From contig JAFSCE010000014.1 of assembly GCA_017436915.1 (NCBI GenBank), positions 1,974 through 65,973 of the forward strand: a stretch of DNA of 64,000 nucleotides. The letters are read 5' to 3'. The notes beneath the pieces were generated by a model. It was given only the letters and a program-made list of their open reading frames with translations, ran no database searches and was not told the origin of the DNA. Shown here in pieces: positions 27,010-35,491 of the stretch; position 1 is the stretch's first letter, and each line of letters starts with the position of its first letter. This stretch comes from Clostridia bacterium (GTDB taxonomy: Bacteria; Bacillota; Clostridia; Oscillospirales; Acutalibacteraceae). Position numbers and translations under genes: made by a program.

Positions 27010-27639
27010 TTATTGGAATCGCCGTGCCGATAAGAAACGCTGTGACCAGTAGGAACTGTTGAGTTGATGCACTTGGGTGCCTTTTTCCGGATTGGTGGAG
27101 GCGACAAATTGGTTGTTTCCAATATAAATGGCGACAAAGCCGGCTTCTTCGCCGGGGTTGTTGCAGAAGACCAAAATATCACCCGGCTGAATTTCTTCGG
27201 GATTCACGTCGAAGCCGTAGTCGATGATCTGTGTTGCCTTGCGGGGAACGGTATATCCATTCTGCTTATAGCAATACACAACGAAGCTGGGATTGTCAAA
27301 CGCATCCGGAGCGGTACCGTTGTTCACAAACGGCGTACCGATCAATGAGATGGCGAGATTGGCAATTGCATCGCCGGTTTCGCTGTTGCCCTCCTCGGTG
27401 CCGATGGACGGCAGGGTGGTGGTGCCGGTTTGTGAAGCGTTTGTTTGATCGTTTTGTGATGTATTAGATGAGTCGATTGCTTCGGTGGTCGTGGCCTTGG
27501 TGGTAGTGGTTGTCGTGACAGTTGGTTTGTTTACCTGGTCTTTTGTGATAACGGTGGCTTGCGGAGCATCACCGGAGCAAGCACTGAGAGTTACCAACAG
27601 TACGATGGCGGTAAAAACCGCAAACAGACGAATTTTCAT
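27010..27639 (-). CDS. NlpC/P60-fold lipoprotein with all catalytic-triad positions substituted
   Basis: Lipobox LVTLSAC|SG, a Thr-rich linker, and a C-terminal domain collinear with NlpC/P60. It reads FDNPSF in place of FDCSGF, FVAIYIG in place of HVGIYIG, and VAST in place of IHAS. Confidence 0.8.
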   Translation of the reverse strand: MKIRLFAVFTAIVLLVTLSACSGDAPQATVITKDQVNKPTVTTTTTTKATTTEAIDSSNTSQNDQTNASQTGTTTLPSIGTEEGNSETGDAIANLAISLIGTPFVNNGTAPDAFDNPSFVVYCYKQNGYTVPRKATQIIDYGFDVNPEEIQPGDILVFCNNPGEEAGFVAIYIGNNQFVASTNPEKGTQVHQLNSSYWSQRFLSARRFQ

Positions 27640-27717
27640 AACGAACACCTCTTAAAATCATTATAGCATACATTCAACGGGGGTGCAACACTGTTGTAAG
27701 AACCTAAACACAAAGCA

Positions 27718-27746
27718 AAAAGCACCTCCGAAGAAGTGCTTTTTTT
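27718..27746 (-). terminator. Terminator after tRNA-Gly
   Basis: AGCAC pairs with GTGCT in a short hairpin flanked by A/T runs. Confidence 0.45.
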
Positions 27747-27822
27747 TGGAGCGGCTTACGAGGCTCGAACTCGCTACCTCCACCTTGGCAAGGTGGCGCT
27801 CTACCAGATGAGCTAAAGCCGC
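27747..27822 (-). tRNA. tRNA-Gly (anticodon GCC)
   Basis: The reverse complement is GCGGCTTTAGCTCATCTGGTAGAGCGCCACCTTGCCAAGGTGGAGGTAGCGAGTTCGAGCCTCGTAAGCCGCTCCA. The anticodon loop is TTGCCAA. Confidence 0.95.
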
Positions 27823-27910
27823 AACTCGCTGTGCAATAGAGTATAGCACAGCAAATGGCACTTGTCAAGAAAAAGCCGCAGAAATTTTTATTTCTGCGGC
27901 TTTTTTACAA

Positions 27911-29023
27911 TCAGATCAGTTCTTTGGGGTCGGCGGCTTTGATGGCGCGGTCGTTCAGGGTGACTTTATCTTTCAGCGTCTTTACTTTTTCGTCGATCTC
28001 TTTCTTTAGTTCGTCGTATTTCATGTACTGTAAGGTTTGAGAATGGCTTTCGACGTAGAAATCAATATCTTTGCCGTCTTCGTCTTTGCCGCGTTCCGCT
28101 TCGGGATCCATGCGCAGGATCAGCGCCATGGTCTTGTTGGTACCGCCTTGTTGATAGGTCTTGATACCGATCTCGCCTTCTTTAAGTTCTTTCATGACTT
28201 TCAGAAGATTCTCGTCCATATCCTCGTCGATCGTATCGATACGGTCGGCGGTTTCGGGCTCTTTTTCTTCTTCGGCGGTTTTCTCTTTATCGTCCGTTTC
28301 CTCCGCCGTATCGGCTAAATATTGACGGTAAGCGATGTCAAAGGCAGCGCTGTTTGCACCGTTTTTAGTATACAGATCCAAATACCCTTCCAGTTGGGCC
28401 TTGATTTTCGCGATCTCGTCGGCCGAAAGCTCTTTGCTGTCCTTCATCAAGGACATTTCGATGATCTTATAGCTGTAATAGTGCTCGTCGAACCATTTGC
28501 GTTCGTCGGCATCGGATACTTCGCGTTTACCGCCGTCATCATACAAGCCGTTGAACAGAGAGAGTTCGTTCAAAGACATGGCTTTATACATCTTAATATA
28601 GCGCTCGTTGTTAAAACCGAACGGCAGGAATTGATCGGCCTTTAATTTTTCGATCTCTTCTTCGACGGTTTTGAGTTCGTCAGCGTCCCACGAAATATTG
28701 TAGGTTGCCATGAGATCCTCAATGGCCTTTTGACGAATCATATTGTCTTGCGTGGTGTTAACGATATACTCTGACAAGGTCACTTCTTTGGAATCCTCGC
28801 CGTACGTCACTTTCTGTGATAGTGCGTCCTCGCCATAATAATACAAATACATATAAGCGGTGGAATCGGTATACATCGTGCCGTACATATAGGCGAGGTA
28901 ATCGCCCATCTCATACACTTTATTCTCCACCTGCATCGCCACAGACGGGGTGGAGCAACCGCCGAGAAGCAAACAGCCGGCTGCGAGTGTGAGTGCAAGC
29001 ACTGTGCACAGGATTCGTTTCAT
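27911..29023 (-). CDS. Lipoprotein of unknown function (acidic, coiled-coil rich; possibly a SurA-N/PrsA-like chaperone domain)
   Basis: Signal peptide with lipobox LLLGGC|S. No catalytic motif was recognised. Confidence 0.55.
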   Translation of the reverse strand: MKRILCTVLALTLAAGCLLLGGCSTPSVAMQVENKVYEMGDYLAYMYGTMYTDSTAYMYLYYYGEDALSQKVTYGEDSKEVTLSEYIVNTTQDNMIRQKAIEDLMATYNISWDADELKTVEEEIEKLKADQFLPFGFNNERYIKMYKAMSLNELSLFNGLYDDGGKREVSDADERKWFDEHYYSYKIIEMSLMKDSKELSADEIAKIKAQLEGYLDLYTKNGANSAAFDIAYRQYLADTAEETDDKEKTAEEEKEPETADRIDTIDEDMDENLLKVMKELKEGEIGIKTYQQGGTNKTMALILRMDPEAERGKDEDGKDIDFYVESHSQTLQYMKYDELKKEIDEKVKTLKDKVTLNDRAIKAADPKELI

Positions 29024-29150
29024 ATTCATCAACATATCCTCCTCTGAGAAGATGGAATTACAATATTTATTATTCTACACGAAAAATGAAGATTTGTCCA
29101 CCTAATTATGCAGAGTCCGTAAAAAAGTTTACAATATCGCGCTTTACCGC

Positions 29151-29180
29151 TTGACAACCGCCACACGCACAGTGTATAAT
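29151..29180 (+). promoter_or_regulatory. Sigma-A type promoter for tRNA-Leu
   Basis: TTGACA (29151-29156), an 18-nt spacer, then TATAAT (29175-29180). Confidence 0.6.
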
Positions 29181-29196
29181 ACGGATTGTGTCACAC

Positions 29197-29283
29197 GCCG
29201 GTGTGATGGAATTGGCAGACGTAGTGGACTCAAAATCCACCGCTGGCGACAGCGTGCCGGTTCGAGTCCGGCCACCGGCACCA
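29197..29283 (+). tRNA. tRNA-Leu (anticodon CAA)
   Basis: 87-nt class II tRNA with a long variable arm. The acceptor GCCGGTG pairs with CACCGGC, the anticodon loop is CTCAAAA, and CCA is encoded. Confidence 0.95.
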
Positions 29284-29287
29284 TGTT

Positions 29288-29333
29288 GAATGTTCATAAC
29301 GGACTTGACCGTTATGAACATTCTTTTTGTTTT
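29288..29333 (+). terminator. Terminator after tRNA-Leu
   Basis: A 15-bp stem (GAATGTTCATAACGG pairing with CCGTTATGAACATTC), followed by TTTTTGTTTT. Confidence 0.7.
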
Positions 29334-29429
29334 GAGAGAGGTTTGGGGTATTGGGGGATCCCTAACAAGTGTGGATATCCATTCGCGATGCTTGTGAGGA
29401 AGAAACTATCAGCGATCAATTTCCTAATA

Positions 29430-29458
29430 TTGTTTTAAACTGTTAAATATGATATAAT
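29430..29458 (+). promoter_or_regulatory. Candidate promoter of the AT-rich orphan gene
   Basis: TTGTTT, a 17-nt spacer, then TATAAT preceded by TGA (extended -10-like). Confidence 0.4.
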
Positions 29459-29493
29459 TACATATATCAAATGGTTTGTTAGGAGTGTATATA

Positions 29494-31176
29494 ATGGATA
29501 TTTCCAAATTAGATATAAATCACATTGAATTATTTGGACTTGCATACTCTGTAGCAAGAGAGGTTTTTGACGTTGAGCCGATTAAAGCAACCGAAAAAAT
29601 CCAGAGAAAGATAAGAAAATGGGTAAACAAAACCTATGTTGATGGCAACAACCTTTCTAAAAAAGTTTTGAACTTTATTGACGATTCTAAGTCCAATTTT
29701 GAATTTATTGAATTTTTAGCCGAGTGTTCAAAACACATAGAAGAACACGGCACTTGGAAAAAACAACTTTTCGAGAAGGTGGCAATAGATTTTTCTGAGG
29801 ATGTAAAGAAAGCTTTTATTCATCTGTTTGAAACAATGCAGTATTGTGAAACAGTTAAAAAACAAGAAGACAAAATTATATTCACCCTTGATGAAACAGA
29901 TTCATACAAAAGAAAATTAATATTACATACATCTAAAGAAAATTTTATTGACAATTTTGATTTGATTGGATTTAGCGATGCACAAATTGTAAAAGAAGAG
30001 AACGGCTATAAACTGATTTGTGTTGCTGAAAATTTCGAAGCAGAGACATCTGTTCCTATCGGCATCTTTTTCGATCAAGCGACAACTGAAATAGATGTTT
30101 ACCGTGCTGACCGTAGAGATTTTAATGATAATCCGTGGGAATCCTTAGCGTTTATGGCATCTGATATTTTGGAAAAAGACTATTTGGGCGCGAAGTTTTT
30201 CAATCAAAAAGAACAGGATTTAATGCCTCTTTTAAAAGAGTTACGCGCATTATCCGTTTGGGCGCCGCTTTATGATGAAGAAACGCCCGATTTTGAAATT
30301 TTAAAACAGTATTTACAGAAACACAATGCAATTCATCTGGTTCCGTTAATTGACAAGGCTGGAAAAAGGGAGAAAGGTAAACTGGTTAATCCTTTGCTTT
30401 TTTCTCGTTTAACCAGCAAATTAAACGAGACGAGTTGCGAAAGTTTATGGCGTGAATTGTATGAGCTTGTGGTTGAAACGCAAGAGGGGTATACTGATAA
30501 AATTCTTTCTTACAATCAAACAAAATTAAATAAAATCAGATTGCAAATCGAGAAAAAATTTCACAATTTAGGCTATGAGGGCAGATACCCCACTTTTAGC
30601 AAAAAAGGCGCTATCAAAGGCATACGATTGGAAGAAAGTTATAACCAAAGCTACTTTGTTGGTGCAGAAAAGAATGTTGAACATATCATAGAGTGTAGAG
30701 AATTTTTTAATTGTGATGTGCTAAATATTCAATTTATATGCGGAACTGCACTTTTGAAGAAAGGTGAAAGCATAACCGATATTTATTCTTGCTGTTTTAA
30801 TAAAAAAGGCCGTCGGTTATATAAGAAATTTTGTTGGGACGCAGAAGATACTGATGTCTTAGAGCAGTTTATAACAATAGCTACCAAAAAAGCTGAATGC
30901 ACCAAACTCAACAAAAAAGAAAAGGAACTCCTTGGTAACGGCACAGTCTCTTGGCAATATTTCGTTTCAATGTTTATATTTGCAGGCGGATTATTTGCCG
31001 TTTTAATGACAACTGCCACGTTCTTGATATTATGCTTAGTAACCGCAATATTGGATGGGTTTAGTGGCATATTGGATATGATTAAGCAAATGCCTTGGTG
31101 GTTATTCTTTGCAATTAGTTTTGTTGGTTTTGGCGGCGCAATGGCGATTGTGGATACAAAAGCAAAAACGAAATAG
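29494..31176 (+). CDS. Hypothetical protein: ~480-aa soluble N-terminal region plus ~3 C-terminal TM helices; no recognisable domain
   Basis: This is the only long ORF in a very AT-rich stretch. The RBS AGGAG lies 9 nt before the ATG at 29494. The C-terminus is hydrophobic (YFVSMFIFAGGLFAVLMTTATFLILCLVTAILDGF and MPWWLFFAISFVGFGGAMAIV). Confidence 0.65.
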   Translation: MDISKLDINHIELFGLAYSVAREVFDVEPIKATEKIQRKIRKWVNKTYVDGNNLSKKVLNFIDDSKSNFEFIEFLAECSKHIEEHGTWKKQLFEKVAIDFSEDVKKAFIHLFETMQYCETVKKQEDKIIFTLDETDSYKRKLILHTSKENFIDNFDLIGFSDAQIVKEENGYKLICVAENFEAETSVPIGIFFDQATTEIDVYRADRRDFNDNPWESLAFMASDILEKDYLGAKFFNQKEQDLMPLLKELRALSVWAPLYDEETPDFEILKQYLQKHNAIHLVPLIDKAGKREKGKLVNPLLFSRLTSKLNETSCESLWRELYELVVETQEGYTDKILSYNQTKLNKIRLQIEKKFHNLGYEGRYPTFSKKGAIKGIRLEESYNQSYFVGAEKNVEHIIECREFFNCDVLNIQFICGTALLKKGESITDIYSCCFNKKGRRLYKKFCWDAEDTDVLEQFITIATKKAECTKLNKKEKELLGNGTVSWQYFVSMFIFAGGLFAVLMTTATFLILCLVTAILDGFSGILDMIKQMPWWLFFAISFVGFGGAMAIVDTKAKTK

Positions 31177-31248
31177 TACGATGGTTGGCATATATAATTT
31201 AAAGTTTTGATTATTTGTTTTCTCGAATCCGTAAAGAACACTCGCACC

Positions 31249-31288
31249 AAAAAACAAAGGGACTGTTTTGGCAGTCCCTTTGTTTTTT
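31249..31288 (+). terminator. Terminator after the orphan gene
   Basis: CAAAGGGACTG pairs with CAGTCCCTTTG, followed by a T-run. It is homologous to the hairpin at 34504-34543. Confidence 0.6.
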
Positions 31289-31329
31289 GGTTTAATTGTA
31301 AACGCTTGAACGATACGGTCCAAGTACCG

Positions 31330-31399
31330 TTTGTTATTTACCGATTATCACGTTGTTTACGCTGATGGAATCGGGTAATTCCTTGTCGGTAACGATGGT
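31330..31399 (-). pseudogene. Orphan 70-bp copy of the 3' end of the DeoR gene at 34581-35321 (direct repeat, copy 1)
   Basis: Identical base for base to 34577-34646. It contains the stop codon and the last 21 codons (TIVTDKELPDSISVNNVIIGK). The upstream frame is closed by a TAA within about 8 codons and has no start. Confidence 0.9.
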
Positions 31400-31426
31400 A
31401 CGGAATCCGTCGTGTTTATATTATAA

Positions 31427-31456
31427 GAAAAAGCCGTGAATTTCACGGCTTTTTTA
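31427..31456 (-). terminator. Terminator downstream of the DeoR regulator at 31471-32178
   Basis: AAAAAGCCGTG pairs with CACGGCTTTTT in a hairpin flanked by A/T runs. Confidence 0.55.
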
Positions 31457-31470
31457 TTTTGTTATCAATT

Positions 31471-32178
31471 TTAAGTGTTGGAAGAGTCGGCGGTTATAAC
31501 GGCGGTTATATCTTCTTTTCGACATAGCGTATGAAGCATTTTTTGACCGATTTTGTTTTGCTCACAAAGAAAGACCTTTTGCAATGAATGTTCAAGCATG
31601 ATTTTTCTTATTGCCAGTTGTTTCTCGTCAAAATCTGAAATGAGTCCCTCTTTGGAATATGCCGCGGTAGTGAAAAACATGATGTCAACATTAAGTTCTC
31701 GCGCATATTGTTCTGCAATTGAACCCACAAAACACATATCTGGTTCGTAATAGTCGCCGCCTATCAGAATACACGGTATATGCAGGTTTGAAGCTGAAAG
31801 AAGCGCTTTAACGGAATTGGTGATGATCTTCATGTTCTTAAACGCCGAAACGTGCGGGATTATATATTGGCAGGTGGAAGAGCTATCAATATAGATGTTC
31901 ATATTATCTTTTAAAAAAGGAAGACATTTTTTTGCAAGTTCTTTCTTTTCTTCTTCATCAAATAAAATTCGATGAGCAAGCGGCATTTCTTTTGGGCTTG
32001 AAGCAAGCACAGCGCCACCATGATAACGCCTCAAATATCCGCCTTTTTCCATAGCTGTAAGATCACGTCGAACGGTCATTTCGGTAACGTATAGTTTTTT
32101 CGCAAGTTCGCTTACACTGATTTTCCCTGTGTCATACAAAATATACAGTATTTCCTGCTGCCTGGCATTTAGTTCCAT
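31471..32178 (-). CDS. DeoR-family transcriptional regulator
   Basis: HTH segment ISVSELAKKLYVTEMTVRRDLTAMEK plus a DeoR C-terminal domain. The ATG at 32178 follows ACGAGGTG. Confidence 0.85.
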   Translation of the reverse strand: MELNARQQEILYILYDTGKISVSELAKKLYVTEMTVRRDLTAMEKGGYLRRYHGGAVLASSPKEMPLAHRILFDEEEKKELAKKCLPFLKDNMNIYIDSSSTCQYIIPHVSAFKNMKIITNSVKALLSASNLHIPCILIGGDYYEPDMCFVGSIAEQYARELNVDIMFFTTAAYSKEGLISDFDEKQLAIRKIMLEHSLQKVFLCEQNKIGQKMLHTLCRKEDITAVITADSSNT

Positions 32179-32308
32179 TTCAGTACACCTCGTTTGAAAG
32201 GATGTTCGTTTATAAACATAACGAACATCCGTTGACGCAAAAATGTTCGTATAATACAATTATACATAGGCGATATATACCTGTCAATTTATATTTGGAG
32301 GGAATACT

Positions 32309-33178
32309 ATGTTGGTTACCATGAAGGAAATGCTCACTGATGCGAAAAAGAATCAGTATGCGATTCCTGCGTTTGACGTCAGTAATTACGAGATGATGAA
32401 GTCTGTGTTGGATGCGTGTGAAGAAGAAAGAAGTCCGGCTCTTTTAATGGGTTTAGGAGTAGATTTAGAAGGTAAAGCTCTTGAATTGATGGCTTCTATG
32501 GTAAAGGCAGCATCGGATTTTTATACAATACCCGTTTGCTTCCATTTGGATCATGCAACGGATTTCAATTTTATTAAAAAAGCAATCGACGCGGGGTTCA
32601 GCTCCGTTATGTATGACGGCTCGGTTTTGGATTTTGAGAATAATGCCAAAAACACGGCAGAGGTTGCAAAATATGCACACGCCCGTGGTATAACCGTGGA
32701 AGCAGAGCTTGGACACGTTGGTAATGCGAGTGTTGGCAGTATTAGCGAAACGGGAACGGATACCGATCCCGGTGAGAGTCTGACGGTACCGGACGAGGTT
32801 TTAAAGTTTGTTGAAATGACCGACGTTGATGCGCTTGCCGTTGCCATAGGCACGTCCCATGGCGTGTATAAGAAAACGCCCGAACTCAGAATAGATCGAT
32901 TGGACGAAATTACGGCTGTTTGTGACAGACCGCTTGTTCTTCACGGCGGAAGCGGCACACCTGAGGATCAAATGAAAAATGCGATACAACACGGTATTAC
33001 GAAGATCAATATTTATTCTGACGTTGTTTTTGCTCTCAATAAGGGCCTTAAAGATAAGTTGAACACAATTGAAAACCCGTCGACATGGCCGTTTATTGTT
33101 TTTGAAGAGGCAAGAGTTATGATGAAAGATGTTGTCAAAACCAAATTAAGACAGTTTGGCAGCGCGGGTCGCATTTAA
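32309..33178 (+). CDS. Class II ketose-bisphosphate aldolase (FbaA/GatY/KbaY family)
   Basis: Carries YAIPAFDVSNYE, HLDHATDF, and GTSHGVYK followed by LVLHGGSGTP. Confidence 0.85.
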   Translation: MLVTMKEMLTDAKKNQYAIPAFDVSNYEMMKSVLDACEEERSPALLMGLGVDLEGKALELMASMVKAASDFYTIPVCFHLDHATDFNFIKKAIDAGFSSVMYDGSVLDFENNAKNTAEVAKYAHARGITVEAELGHVGNASVGSISETGTDTDPGESLTVPDEVLKFVEMTDVDALAVAIGTSHGVYKKTPELRIDRLDEITAVCDRPLVLHGGSGTPEDQMKNAIQHGITKINIYSDVVFALNKGLKDKLNTIENPSTWPFIVFEEARVMMKDVVKTKLRQFGSAGRI

Positions 33179-33196
33179 GTGAGCGGAGGTGGTTTT

Positions 33197-34435
33197 ATGA
33201 AAACAAAAGCAGTTCGTTTATACGGCGAAAACGATTTACGACTTGAAGAGTTTGAATTACCCGAGCTTAAGAACGGCGAGATACTTGTTAAGGTGATTTC
33301 GGACAGTGTATGCATGTCTACATATAAAACCGTTAAGCAGGGAGCAAAACACCTGCGAGTTCCTAATGACGTGGCGGAGAATCCCATTATTGTGGGGCAT
33401 GAATTTTGCGCAGAGGTAGTGGAGGTGACCGACAAACACAAGGATAAGTTCAAGGTCGGAGATAAAGTGGTTATGCCACCCGTTCTTTCATATCTCGGCG
33501 GCCCGGAAACCGTCGGTTATTCTTTCTGCGAAATTGGCGGTGCGTCAACTTACTCAATCGTTTATGATCATATTATTGAAAACGATTATTTAATTAAAAT
33601 TGAAAGTGACTCGTATTTTAACGGCTCGCTTATCGAACCTGCTTCTTGTGTGATAAGAGGATATAAAGCGTCTTTGCATTTGGACGAAAACCTGAAGCCA
33701 TATAGTAATATCAAGGCGGGCGGCAAAGTGGCAATCCTTGCCGGCTGTGGGCCTATGGGTCTTGTGGCAATCGATATCGCATTGCATGGAGACATTAAAC
33801 CATCTCTGGTGGTTGTAACCGATTTAAGTCAGGAACGGTTAGAACGAGCAAAACAGTTGTTTAATCCCGAACAGGCCAAAAAAGATGGTATTGATCTAAA
33901 ATTTGTGGCTTCCTCTGATAAAGATGAACTGCTTAAATTTACCGATGGCAGTGGGTATGACGACGTTTTCGTTTATGCACCGGTAGAGACTGTGGTTGAA
34001 TTAGCCGATGAAATACTTGGTTTTGACGGAAGTCTTAATTTCTTTGCAGGACCGTTGGATAAAAAGTTTAGCGCAAAGTTTAATTTTTACAACGTTCATT
34101 ACCAACAGCATCACGTTTCGGGTACAAGCGGCAGCACGACCGACGACATGAGAGATATTGTTCGTTTGATCGGTGAAAAACGCATAAATCCCGCTGTTAT
34201 GATAACGCATATCGGCGGTATTGATGCGGTAATCGATACGACCATCCGCTTAACCGAAATACCCGGTGGAAAAAAGTTAATATACACACACATTAATTTG
34301 CCTTTGACGGCAATTGATGATTTTGAAAAATTGGGCAAGTCGAATGAGCATTTTAAAATGCTTGCCGATATAGTTAAGCAAAATAACGGCTTGTGGTGTA
34401 CTGAAGCCGAAAAGTATTTGTTATCTCATTTCTAA
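33197..34435 (+). CDS. Zn-dependent MDR dehydrogenase (~410 aa; resembles the sorbose-1-phosphate reductase-type subgroup)
   Basis: Carries LVKVISDSVCMSTYK, VGHEF and GCGPMGLVAI. The ATG at 33197 follows GGAGGTGG. The subgroup assignment is from memory only. Confidence 0.75.
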   Translation: MKTKAVRLYGENDLRLEEFELPELKNGEILVKVISDSVCMSTYKTVKQGAKHLRVPNDVAENPIIVGHEFCAEVVEVTDKHKDKFKVGDKVVMPPVLSYLGGPETVGYSFCEIGGASTYSIVYDHIIENDYLIKIESDSYFNGSLIEPASCVIRGYKASLHLDENLKPYSNIKAGGKVAILAGCGPMGLVAIDIALHGDIKPSLVVVTDLSQERLERAKQLFNPEQAKKDGIDLKFVASSDKDELLKFTDGSGYDDVFVYAPVETVVELADEILGFDGSLNFFAGPLDKKFSAKFNFYNVHYQQHHVSGTSGSTTDDMRDIVRLIGEKRINPAVMITHIGGIDAVIDTTIRLTEIPGGKKLIYTHINLPLTAIDDFEKLGKSNEHFKMLADIVKQNNGLWCTEAEKYLLSHF

Positions 34436-34503
34436 TATGTTGTTTATAGCACAAAAGATAAAATATTCAATTTTTAGACCGCATTCATTTTGAGTGTCTG
34501 GTC

Positions 34504-34543
34504 AAAAAAACAAAGGACTACTTTGGTAGTCCTTTGTTTTTTT
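34504..34543 (+). terminator. Terminator after the dehydrogenase gene
   Basis: CAAAGGACTAC pairs with GTAGTCCTTTG, followed by a T-run. Confidence 0.6.
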
Positions 34544-34576
34544 AATCCACTATTTAAGAGTGTCATGATTGAGGTT

Positions 34577-34646
34577 TTTGTTATTTACCGATTATCACGT
34601 TGTTTACGCTGATGGAATCGGGTAATTCCTTGTCGGTAACGATGGT
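34577..34646 (-). repeat. 70-bp perfect direct repeat, copy 2 (functional 3' end of the DeoR gene)
   Basis: Identical to 31330-31399. Confidence 0.9.
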
Positions 34647-35321
34647 GTTGATATCCGCTGTATTACAGACGGTGAAAGGGAACACGTTGCCAATTTTGTT
34701 GCTGTCAACGATCAGACATGTTTTTGCTGAATTGCGCAGCATGGTTTTATGAATGTCGTCTTCGGTGGAAGAAACGGTCACCTTGCCATCGAATCCAACC
34801 CCTCTCGCGGAAAAGAACATAATGTCCGCGTTAATACCGCTAATCATATTTCTGGCAAACTCCCCAACGTACGAGTTGGAATGATGTAGAAATTTACCGC
34901 CTGTACTATAAACGATAATATCGGTTTCCGAAAGCATTTTCGGCACATCCGGGCTGTTCGTAATCACCGTTAAATGGTTATGCATTTTCAAATGCGGTAC
35001 GAGATACTCCGTGGTGGTGGATGACGCTAAAAAAATAGTCATATTATCCTGTAAAAGCTTTGCCGCAGAATGGCAGAGCTTTTTCTTTATTTCCGCATTT
35101 TCATTGCGACGAATCGTAATCGGAACTTCGGAACTGTACGTATCAAAAATCACGGCACCGCCGAACGTTTTTCGAATTTTCAGTTCCTTATCAAGCGTGT
35201 TTAAATCGCGTCGTATGGTTGCTTCACTGTAGTTAAGTAACTTCGCCAGTTTTGCTACGGAACAGCTTTTTTCCTTTTTTAAGATCTCAAGTATCTTATC
35301 TCTACGTTCAATGTCGTACAT
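34581..35321 (-). CDS. DeoR-family transcriptional regulator
   Basis: HTH segment CSVAKLAKLLNYSEATIRRDLNTLDK plus a DeoR C-terminal domain. Confidence 0.85.
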   Translation of the reverse strand: MYDIERRDKILEILKKEKSCSVAKLAKLLNYSEATIRRDLNTLDKELKIRKTFGGAVIFDTYSSEVPITIRRNENAEIKKKLCHSAAKLLQDNMTIFLASSTTTEYLVPHLKMHNHLTVITNSPDVPKMLSETDIIVYSTGGKFLHHSNSYVGEFARNMISGINADIMFFSARGVGFDGKVTVSSTEDDIHKTMLRNSAKTCLIVDSNKIGNVFPFTVCNTADINTIVTDKELPDSISVNNVIIGK

Positions 35322-35491
35322 GGCGCACTCCTTTTGCTCAAGTTTGATTGATTATGACTTAATTATACACAAAAAAATCTTATTTTTCAACCATTTGAAC
35401 AAACATTGAAAGTTTGTAAGGAGTTAAGTAGTATTTAGTTAAGTAGTTAAACAGGGAAGGTCCCTATCATTTTAACATTCGGGAGAGAGTT

